64,000 bases of DNA from contig OZ251539.1 of assembly GCA_965243135.1 (NCBI GenBank), forward strand, positions 4,352,001 through 4,416,000. The letters are read 5' to 3'. Shown here piece by piece: positions 1 through 7,494 of the stretch. The number at the start of each line of letters is the position of its first letter. Positions within the stretch are counted from its first letter, which is position 1. Origin of the DNA: Alphaproteobacteria bacterium. GTDB taxonomy: Bacteria; Pseudomonadota; Alphaproteobacteria; MPNO01; UBA830. The notes beneath the pieces are model-generated. The model was not told where the DNA came from. It was given only the letters and a program-made list of their open reading frames with translations, and made no database searches. A program made the translations under genes and the position numbers.

Positions 1-48
1 CGGCTACCGGCTGGGCGGCGAACGCCTTTTCACGCACAACGCCCGGGA

Positions 49-534
49 TCAATGAGGCACGTCGGGATCCCCGTGAAGGGCGAACTGCTCGAGCCCGGCG
101 TCCTGCGCATCGATGGTGCGGAAACTTTCTTTCACGCCGGCGTCCGTCAGTTCCCGGGAAACCGTCAGCAGCGTGTTCGGCGCCAGCCCGTCGCATAGCG
201 CCGCCATCTGCTCCATCTCCTCGCGCGCGACGCCCGAAGCCGCCGCGGTCGACGGCGCGCCGTAGATCTCCACGAAATGCCCCGCAAGGCGCTCCGCCAG
301 GACGTCGAACTCCTGCGGTTCAATTCGGGTCACCGCGACGAAAGTGACGCGCCCGAAGGTTTCGACGCCCAGCCAGCCGTTGGCGAATGCCTGGCGCGCC
401 TTGCCGGCGAGGTCGGCCTCCGTCCAGTTGGAGAACTCGAACCCGCCCGAAATGCACCATTCGCCGGTGCGCGCCGGACTATAGAAGACGTTCAGGTCGC
501 TTTCGTCGAAATGAATCGCGCGCGCCAGGTTCAC
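49..534 (-). CDS. DUF6505-like hypothetical protein, FDH-cluster associated
   Basis: C-terminal part of ORF 49..1146. GTG start at 534 overlaps the upstream stop (GTGA). Sequence NLARAIHFDESDLNVF...GEWCISGGFEF...RQAFANGWLG resembles a family found in FDH accessory clusters. Confidence 0.75.
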   Translation of the reverse strand: MNLARAIHFDESDLNVFYSPARTGEWCISGGFEFSNWTEADLAGKARQAFANGWLGVETFGRVTFVAVTRIEPQEFDVLAERLAGHFVEIYGAPSTAAASGVAREEMEQMAALCDGLAPNTLLTVSRELTDAGVKESFRTIDAQDAGLEQFALHGDPDVPH

Positions 535-1241
535 GGCCAGATCTCCCGGTCCAGCAATTCGGTCAGCGGCAGCAGCCGCGTGGTTCCGCCGTGCCGCAAC
601 AGCATGCCGAAACGTTCGTCGATCCCGACGAACGTGCCGGAGAGCGGCGGCCGGCGCCGGTCGAGCGAAACGTCCTCCCCCATGCGGTGCGCCAGTCCGC
701 GCCACTCCGCGTGCAGCGGCTCCGGCCCCTCGTCCAGCCAGCGGTTGACCCACGACAGGGTGTGGCGCGACCAGCTTTCCAACAGGCGAAGCGGCGCGAC
801 CTCGGCGCAACCCTCCTCGTAAAGCGACGTTCGATCCGGCGCGGCGCCCGGCGCCTCGGGATCCTCCGGCAGCAGCGGCACCTCGATTCCGACCACGAGC
901 CAACCGGGATCCGACGCGGCGGCGCGCAGCCGCCCGCAACTCGCTCCGTTGACCAGGACGCCGCCGTCCCAGGTCAGGTGCACGGCGACCTCGGGCGGCG
1001 CCAGCGCCCCGAGCGCGTTCTGGAATCCGACGCCGCAGGCGGGCAACATCGCGACCGCGTCCTCGAGCGGCACCTCGGGCGCGAATACGACGGCGGCCGC
1101 CAGCCGGTCGGCGCCGACGTTGTGGACGATCAGCCCGGAGTCGCACCCCAGCGCCGCCTCGGCGCAGGCCTTGTCGAAAGGATCCGTCCTGCCCTCGACG
1201 GCCTGTCCGTGGAACAGGGGCGGGAAGACCGGAGCGCTCAT
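531..1241 (-). CDS. Biotin/lipoate-protein-ligase-like protein (BPL_LplA_LipB_2 + DUF4444-type)
   Basis: MSAPVFPPLFHG...AAVVFAPEVPL...HLTWDGGVLVNGASCG...GTFVGIDERFGMLL follows the BirA catalytic + SH3-like layout but lacks the canonical KWPND motif. ATGA overlap with mrp. Confidence 0.8.
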   Translation of the reverse strand: MSAPVFPPLFHGQAVEGRTDPFDKACAEAALGCDSGLIVHNVGADRLAAAVVFAPEVPLEDAVAMLPACGVGFQNALGALAPPEVAVHLTWDGGVLVNGASCGRLRAAASDPGWLVVGIEVPLLPEDPEAPGAAPDRTSLYEEGCAEVAPLRLLESWSRHTLSWVNRWLDEGPEPLHAEWRGLAHRMGEDVSLDRRRPPLSGTFVGIDERFGMLLRHGGTTRLLPLTELLDREIWP

Positions 1242-2299
1242 GCGTGCCCGTTCTCGATCAGAGAGCGCGCGACCCGCCGGAACGTTTCGGCCGGCGGCGA
1301 GGACGGCTTCGAAACGACGATCGGGGCGCCGCCGTCGGCGCCGAGGCGGATGTCCGCGTGGATGGGGATTTCGGCGAGCAGCGGAACGCCCAGCTTCGCC
1401 GCCTCGGCGGCGACGCCGCCATGGCCGAACACGTGCTCCTCGTGGCCGCAGTTCGAGCAGACGTGAGTCGACATGTTCTCGATCATGCCGAGGATCGGCG
1501 TCGACATCCGCCGGAACATGTCGATGCTCTTGCGCGTGTCGAGAAGCGCCACGTCCTGGGGCGTCGAGACCACGACCGCCCCGGTCACCTCGGCCTTCTG
1601 CGTCAGGGTCATCTGCACGTCGCCCGTGCCCGGCGGCAGGTCCGCCACCAGCACGTCCAGCGCGCCCCACTGCACCTGCTCGAGCATCTGCTGGAGCGCG
1701 CCCATCAGCATCGGCCCGCGCCAGACCACCGCCTCGTCCTCGCGCGTCATCAGGCCGATCGACATCATGGTCACGCCGTGGTTGCGCATCGGCAGGATGG
1801 TCTTGCCGTCGGGCGAGGCCGGACGGCCCGAGACGCCGAGCATCCGCGGCTGGGAGGGACCGTAGACGTCGGCGTCGAGCAAGCCGGTGCGGCGGCCTTC
1901 GGCGGCGAAAGCCACCGCGAGATTGGAGGCGACCGTGGACTTGCCGACTCCGCCCTTGCCCGACGCGACGGCGAGGATGCGGTCGATGCCCGGAATCTTC
2001 TGCGGTCCCTGCGGCTCGGCCCGGCGGCCGAGATCGAGCGGCGGCGGCGCCGCCCGGTGCGCCGACATGACGACCGAAACCGATTCGACCCCGGGAACCG
2101 CCCGGACGGCGTCCTCGGCCGCCGCGCGTACCGGCTCCATGGCTTCGGCGCGCTTGGGGTCGATCTCGATTACGAGTCGGACCGCGCCGTTCTCCACCGC
2201 AAGTGCGCGTCCCAGGCCGGCCGACACGAAATCCTGGCCGCTGACGGGATCGGCGACCGTCCGAAGCGCCGCCAGCACGGTCTCGCGCGTCGCGGTCAT
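1238..2299 (-). CDS. apbC: Mrp/NBP35 (ApbC) Fe-S cluster carrier ATPase
   Basis: ASGKGGVGKST, DADVYGPS, WRGPM, DLPPGTGD, ENMS..CSNCG motifs, with an N-terminal DUF59-like domain. Confidence 0.93.
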   Translation of the reverse strand: MTATRETVLAALRTVADPVSGQDFVSAGLGRALAVENGAVRLVIEIDPKRAEAMEPVRAAAEDAVRAVPGVESVSVVMSAHRAAPPPLDLGRRAEPQGPQKIPGIDRILAVASGKGGVGKSTVASNLAVAFAAEGRRTGLLDADVYGPSQPRMLGVSGRPASPDGKTILPMRNHGVTMMSIGLMTREDEAVVWRGPMLMGALQQMLEQVQWGALDVLVADLPPGTGDVQMTLTQKAEVTGAVVVSTPQDVALLDTRKSIDMFRRMSTPILGMIENMSTHVCSNCGHEEHVFGHGGVAAEAAKLGVPLLAEIPIHADIRLGADGGAPIVVSKPSSPPAETFRRVARSLIENGHA

Positions 2300-2499
2300 T
2301 CGGCCTTTCCGCCGATCCGCCCCTCCACCGTGTGCGTGAGATCGAGCTCGTCGATCGTCAGGACCACCCGCGCGGCGAAGGTCCTGCCGTCCGTCTTCTC
2401 CGGCCCGGCCTCGCGCACGGCTTTCTCTATCGCCTGCTGCGAGGTCACGCCGACCTGCTTCAGGAACCTGCGCATCGTCATGTTGAGTTCGTCGTTCAT
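2296..2499 (-). CDS. DUF6494-like small protein (67 aa)
   Basis: MNDELNMTMRRFLKQVGVTSQQAIEKAVR; AGGGAG RBS upstream; stop overlaps the mrp start. Confidence 0.75.
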   Translation of the reverse strand: MNDELNMTMRRFLKQVGVTSQQAIEKAVREAGPEKTDGRTFAARVVLTIDELDLTHTVEGRIGGKAE

Positions 2500-2573
2500 G
2501 GCGCTCCCTTTCTTCCGCTTCCCGTCCGCGGGACGGTTTGTTAGGCTGCTCCGGCAAATCGGGAGGATCGCCC

Positions 2574-3350
2574 ATGCGGTTGAAGCACGGGCTGGCCGCA
2601 ATCTGCGTCGCGCTGTCGGTCGACGCGGCCGTCGCGCAGGACCGCCGCGTCACGCTCGCCGCCCCCGCCGAGCTGGCGGCGGACGGCTTTCTCAAATACG
2701 TCTTGCCGCGATTTTCGCTGAAGACCGGCATCCGCGTGGCCCCGGTCGGTTTCGACGAAGGCGGCGACGTCCTCCTCGGACCCGCGGTCGCGGACGGCCG
2801 GCCCGCCTTCGAGCGGGCGGGCGTCCTTTATCGCGTCGCCGCGCCGAACGGCGAATTCGCCCGGCGCTTCGCGGATTGGCTGGTTTCGGACGTCGGCCGG
2901 CGCACCGTCGAGGCGTTCGCGGCCGAAGGCGCGCCGCGCTACAGGGCGACGACCGCCGAGGACGCGGCGCGCGGCGAGACCGGGATCGCCGGCGACGCCG
3001 CGGTCGGCATGCGGCTCTCCTACGCGCGCTGCGGGCGCTGCCACGTGGTGGGACCGAAGAACCGCATGAAAGGTCTGGGATCGACCCCGTCCTTCGCCGT
3101 GCTGCGGACCCTGGAGGATTGGGAGGACAGATTCCATGCGTTCTACGCCCTCAATCCGCACCCCTCGTTCACGCAGGTCGAGGACGTGACCGAGCCGTTC
3201 GACGAAGCCCGGCCCCCGCCCATCGTGCCGCTCCGCCTCACCCTCGCCGACCTCGAGGCGATCGTGGCCTACGTGGCGACCGTGCGTCCGGCCGAACTGG
3301 CGGCGCCGCTCGTGCAGCCGCGCGCGCATCAGCAATCGTCGCCCAGGTAG
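2574..3350 (+). CDS. Exported c-type cytochrome with a TupA/ModA-like N-terminal segment
   Basis: GGGAGG RBS, signal peptide (AVA-Q), DGFLKYVLPRFSLKTGIRV segment, single CxxCH (CGRCH). Confidence 0.75.
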   Translation: MRLKHGLAAICVALSVDAAVAQDRRVTLAAPAELAADGFLKYVLPRFSLKTGIRVAPVGFDEGGDVLLGPAVADGRPAFERAGVLYRVAAPNGEFARRFADWLVSDVGRRTVEAFAAEGAPRYRATTAEDAARGETGIAGDAAVGMRLSYARCGRCHVVGPKNRMKGLGSTPSFAVLRTLEDWEDRFHAFYALNPHPSFTQVEDVTEPFDEARPPPIVPLRLTLADLEAIVAYVATVRPAELAAPLVQPRAHQQSSPR

Positions 3351-5278
3351 TCGGCGGTCCTGATCCGGGGGCGCTGGCCCTGCGCGAACGGGCTGTTCTG
3401 CGCGTGATGCTGCGTCCTGACGCGGCAGTCGTCGCACATCCGGATGAGGCGCGACGCGTCCTCGCCCGCGAACATCGGGTGGCGGCCGGCGAGCTGCGCG
3501 GCGATCTTCTCGATGGCGGATTTCACCCCGAACGGCTTGCCGCATTCGATGCACTCGAACGGCTCTTCCTCGTTCAGCACCCTCTGCTCGAAGGCCGCGT
3601 CGGACAGGTCGAGCCGCGGCTCGAGCGCGACCGCGTTCTCGGGACAGACCTGGCGGCAAAGGCCGCACTGCAGGCAGGCGTCCTCCTGAAATCGCAGCTG
3701 CGGCCTGTCCGGATTGTCCGCGAGCGCGCCGGAAGGGCACAGCGAGGCGCAGGCGAGGCAAAGCGTGCAGGCCTCGGCGTCCACGCGCACCGCCCCGTAG
3801 GGCGCCGACGCGGGCAGCGGCAGAATCTCGTCGCTTCCCGGGTGCAGCGCCTTCGCCGCGAGCCGCGCCGCCTGGCGGCGCGAGCCCATCGGCAGCACCG
3901 GATCGCCGACGGGCGGCGCGGCGGACCGGCCGTAGAGCGCCTCGCACAGCGCGTCGGGATCGCCGACGTCCAGCAACCGCAGGCGCCCGGCTCCGCCGAG
4001 CGCCTCGGCCAGCTCCAGTTCCGAGTCGAGCGCCCCGCGCTCGGTTCGCGGCGAGACCAGAACGTCGACGGCCGCGAAGCCGCAGGCCAGGGCCGCCAGC
4101 ATTTCGGCGTGGCCGAATCCGGAAACCTCGCCGAGTTCGATCGGAACGACGTCGGCCGGCAGGCCGCGCCCGAACCGCGCCGACAGCGACACCATCTCGG
4201 CGCCGAAGCCGCCGTCGACGACCAGAAGGCGGGGCGACGCCCCCCCTGCCCGACGATAGGCGGACGCCAGCGTTTCGATTCGGCGAAAGAGGGCGGCCGG
4301 CGCCGGCGCGTCGTAGGAAACAGCGCCGGACGGACACAGCGCCGAGCACGCGCCGCATCCGGCGCAGACCATCGGATCGATCGCCACGTGGTCGCCGGCG
4401 GGCGCGATCGCTCCCGCCGGACAGGCGTCCACGCATTTGGCGCAGCCCGTCTGCCCGGCACGGGAATGCGCGCACAACGTTTCGTCGAGACGCACGTAGA
4501 GAGGCTTTTCGAAGGTGCCCACCGTCTGGCCGGCTTCGAAGACCGCGTCGGCGACCGCGTTGCGGTCGCCCGGGTCCGCGCGCAGATAGCCCTCTCGCGT
4601 TTCGTGCGCGGGAAAGAGCGGCGTCCCGCCGGACAGATCGAGTATGACGTCGCATTCCGTCGCCGCGCCGTCTCGCGGCTCGGAGAACGCGAACTCGCCG
4701 CGCCCTCCCGGCTCCACGCGGCGCAGGCCGTCGATGCCCAGGCTGAATCCCCCGAGCGCCCCGTTCGCTCGCGTCAGACGGCCGACGACCGTATCGAAAC
4801 GGCGGTCGAGCGGCGGATCTTCGGGCGGCTTCGGCAGCAGCGCGGTCACCGACAGCGCGTCGGCCAGCCGCGCCGCGGACGCCAGCGCGACTTCGGGATC
4901 GCCGAGGATCAGGCAACGCCCCTCGGACTCCACGTCGACGGTCCGGATTTCCTGCGGCGGCAGCAGGGCCTCCGCGACCAGCGCCGCCTGCTTCGGGCCG
5001 GCCTCGCCCGCCTCGTCCGACCAGCCCGCGCGGTCGCGGATGTCGATCAGCAAGGGCGGCGGCGCGCCGGCGTCGGCGGCGATCTCCTCGAAAAGGGCGG
5101 CCTCCTGCCGGCAGGCGATGGCGGCGCCCTCGGCGATGGCCGCCGCCGCCGCGTCCGCCTCGGCGGTGCAAAGGGCGCTGTGAATCCGCGAACAGGTCGC
5201 GCCCGCGCCAGCCTCGATGCTGCCGCGATCGACGCGCTGGCTGTTCAGACAATCGCAGACGACCAGCATGGCGCCCAA
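3329..5278 (-). CDS. Polyferredoxin / multi-4Fe-4S protein (FDH-associated)
   Basis: CAKCVDACP, CAGCGACSALCP, CTLCLACASLCP, CLQCGLCRQVCP, CIECG...CDDC. Start is either TTG 5278 (after a GGGGAGG RBS) or ATG 5269. Confidence 0.88.
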   Translation of the reverse strand: MGAMLVVCDCLNSQRVDRGSIEAGAGATCSRIHSALCTAEADAAAAAIAEGAAIACRQEAALFEEIAADAGAPPPLLIDIRDRAGWSDEAGEAGPKQAALVAEALLPPQEIRTVDVESEGRCLILGDPEVALASAARLADALSVTALLPKPPEDPPLDRRFDTVVGRLTRANGALGGFSLGIDGLRRVEPGGRGEFAFSEPRDGAATECDVILDLSGGTPLFPAHETREGYLRADPGDRNAVADAVFEAGQTVGTFEKPLYVRLDETLCAHSRAGQTGCAKCVDACPAGAIAPAGDHVAIDPMVCAGCGACSALCPSGAVSYDAPAPAALFRRIETLASAYRRAGGASPRLLVVDGGFGAEMVSLSARFGRGLPADVVPIELGEVSGFGHAEMLAALACGFAAVDVLVSPRTERGALDSELELAEALGGAGRLRLLDVGDPDALCEALYGRSAAPPVGDPVLPMGSRRQAARLAAKALHPGSDEILPLPASAPYGAVRVDAEACTLCLACASLCPSGALADNPDRPQLRFQEDACLQCGLCRQVCPENAVALEPRLDLSDAAFEQRVLNEEEPFECIECGKPFGVKSAIEKIAAQLAGRHPMFAGEDASRLIRMCDDCRVRTQHHAQNSPFAQGQRPRIRTADYLGDDC

Positions 5279-5396
5279 AATTCCCTCCCCGGAACCCCGA
5301 ATTATCGTTTCGAAGGATGCCGGTTTCGAGTATACTGCAAGTCGTTCGCGCTGGCTATCGCGCCGGCGCCGGCCCGAGGAGGGAGCATCGCCGGCC

Positions 5397-5945
5397 ATGC
5401 AACCGACCGTCATTTCCCTTGGCGTGGTGATCCGGAGGTCGCCGGGCGCCACTCGCTGGGCGCGCTGGGCGTGGAAGGTCGTCGCCGTGCTACCGGGGGC
5501 GGGACCGGCCGACTGGAAGGAGCTGCGGCGCGACGGGGACACGGTCGAGTACCACGCCGCGACGGTCCCGCTCGAGCTCTGGGCGTCCGACGTCGAAGCC
5601 TATCTGGCCGGCCTCGAAACCCGGGCTCCGGCCGTCTACGTGGTGTTGCGGGAGGCGGAGGAGGGTTCGCGCCAAATCGAGGTGACCCTCGCCACCGCGT
5701 CGCCTTTCGAGGCGCAGGACTACATGGACAGCGGCGAGGAAGTCGTCGAACAGGTGGCGATGCCCCGGCAGCTGGCGGAGGCGGTCCGCGAGTTCGTCCG
5801 GGCGCATCATCGGGAAGAGCCCTTCGTCAAGCGCCGGCGCGACAAGAAGCGGATCGACCTGGTCGAGGACGGCAAGGGCGACCCGCGCATCCGGCAGGAG
5901 TCCGACGTCTATCGCGCGCCGCGGCGCGGGGAGCGCGTCCATTGA
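5397..5945 (+). CDS. DUF3305 family protein
   Basis: LGVVIRRSPGATRWARWAWK...TASPFEAQDY...HHREEPFVKRRRDK; expected position ahead of DUF3306-torD-fdh. Confidence 0.85.
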   Translation: MQPTVISLGVVIRRSPGATRWARWAWKVVAVLPGAGPADWKELRRDGDTVEYHAATVPLELWASDVEAYLAGLETRAPAVYVVLREAEEGSRQIEVTLATASPFEAQDYMDSGEEVVEQVAMPRQLAEAVREFVRAHHREEPFVKRRRDKKRIDLVEDGKGDPRIRQESDVYRAPRRGERVH

Positions 5946-6583
5946 GCGGGCGGCAGGATTTGGCCCGGCGGCAGGATTTCTGGTCGCGCCGCAAGGCGGC
6001 GGCGGCGGCCGAGGCGCTCGCGGAAACGCAGGCCGCGGAGGACGCGCGGACGGAAGAGCTGCGGCGGGAGATCGAGGAGAAAACGGATTCCGAGGCGCTG
6101 GCGGAACTGAACCTGCCCGATCCCGACACGATGCGGCGCGGCGACGACTTCTCGGCGTTCATGGCGAAGGCGGTGCCGGAACGGCTGCGCCGCCGGGCGC
6201 TGCGGCGGCTGTGGACGTCCAATCCGGTGCTGGCGAATCTCGACGAATTGCTGGAGTACGGAGAGGATTACACCGACGCCGCCACCGTGGTCGAGAACAT
6301 GCAGACCGTCTACAAGCTGGGCAAGGGCATGCTGGCGCAGGAGCCGTCCGAAGAAGACGCCGCGCCGCCGGACCCCGCGGAGGCCGAATCGGCCGTCGTC
6401 GCCGAGAACGACGGCGAGGACGCCGAAGACGGGGACGAGGACGCGCTGGGCCGCCCGGAAGAATCGGCGGCGGACGGAACGCCGGCGGAAGGATCGGACG
6501 AACCGGTCGACGCCGACCCGCGGCCGCGGCGGCGCATGCGATTCGCGTTCGCCGACGACGCGGCCCGCAGGGAGGGCTCATGA
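5942..6583 (+). CDS. DUF3306 family protein
   Basis: TTG start overlapping the previous stop; FWSRRKA...LPDPD...DFSAFM...LRRRALRRLWTSNPVLANLDELLEYGEDYT; acidic tail. Confidence 0.85.
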   Translation: MSGRQDLARRQDFWSRRKAAAAAEALAETQAAEDARTEELRREIEEKTDSEALAELNLPDPDTMRRGDDFSAFMAKAVPERLRRRALRRLWTSNPVLANLDELLEYGEDYTDAATVVENMQTVYKLGKGMLAQEPSEEDAAPPDPAEAESAVVAENDGEDAEDGDEDALGRPEESAADGTPAEGSDEPVDADPRPRRRMRFAFADDAARREGS

Positions 6584-7170
6584 CGGACCTGGCGCCGGAG
6601 GACCGGATGCGCGCCGACCTCTACGATTTTCTCGGCGCGCTGCTCGCGGCCCCGCCCGACGCGGCGCTGCTGAAGAAGTCCGCCGCCCTGACGGGCGACG
6701 AGAGCGAGATGGGCCGCGCGGTCCACGCGCTCAGCCGGGTCGCGGCTGCCGCTTCCCCCGCGACGGTGGAAAGCGAATACAACACGCTCTTCATCGGCGT
6801 CGGGCGCGGAGAGCTCCTGCCCTACGGCAGCTATTACCTCACGGGCTTCCTGAACGAAAAGCCGCTGGCGGCGCTGCGCGACGACATGAAGGCGCTGGCG
6901 ATCGACCGCGCGCCCGGCGTGTCCGAATCGGAAGACCACATCGCGAGCCTGTTCGAGATGATGGCCGGCATGATCACGGGACGGTTCGGCCGCCCCGTTC
7001 CACTGGACCGGTCGCGGGACTTTTTCAACAGGCACATCGGCAATTGGGCAAATTATTTTTTTTCGGACTTGAAAGGAGCCAGAAATTCGGTATTCTATGC
7101 GCCGGTAGGCTCTGTCGGCCATGCGTTCATGGACATCGAAAAGGAAGCTTTTCGAATGATTGCGGGCTAG
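6580..7170 (+). CDS. TorD/DmsD-family molybdoenzyme maturation chaperone
   Basis: LFIGVGRGELLPYGSYYLTGFL and ESEDHIA motifs; ATGA coupling to the previous gene. Confidence 0.92.
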   Translation: MTDLAPEDRMRADLYDFLGALLAAPPDAALLKKSAALTGDESEMGRAVHALSRVAAAASPATVESEYNTLFIGVGRGELLPYGSYYLTGFLNEKPLAALRDDMKALAIDRAPGVSESEDHIASLFEMMAGMITGRFGRPVPLDRSRDFFNRHIGNWANYFFSDLKGARNSVFYAPVGSVGHAFMDIEKEAFRMIAG

Positions 7171-7222
7171 CCCGCACCACGGCCCGCCGCAGGGCGGGAC
7201 GCAAGAAGAGGAGGAAAAGTCG

Positions 7223-7402
7223 ATGGAAACCAAAGGCGAGAATCGCCGCGACTTCCTGAAGCTCGCGTCGGTTTCCGTTCCCGCGGCCGCCGCAGCGGCG
7301 TTGGCGGGGACGACGGCCGGGGCTGCGGTTCCCGACCGGAAGGGCGAGGGCATGCAGAACACCGCGCATACCCGCGCCTATTACGAAAGCGCCCGTTTCT
7401 GA
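7223..7402 (+). CDS. Small twin-arginine (Tat) motif protein, FDH-associated (59 aa)
   Basis: GAGGAGG RBS; NRRDFLK Tat motif; C-terminal TAHTRAYYESARF. Confidence 0.8.
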   Translation: METKGENRRDFLKLASVSVPAAAAAALAGTTAGAAVPDRKGEGMQNTAHTRAYYESARF

Positions 7403-7494
7403 CGGGCGTTCGATGCGGCCAACGGTTGCGAGACGCCCGGCGGCCGTCGTGAAACCGGCGGACCGGCCCCGGCCGGGACGCTTATCGGAGAAAC

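Noticed and set aside
1244-6583. 1779-aa ORF and other very long Arg/Ala/Gly-rich ORFs (e.g. 7381..10590, 57962..60469)
   Set aside because: Shadow frames of high-GC coding DNA. Only the last 213 aa of 1244..6583 (DUF3306) look real.
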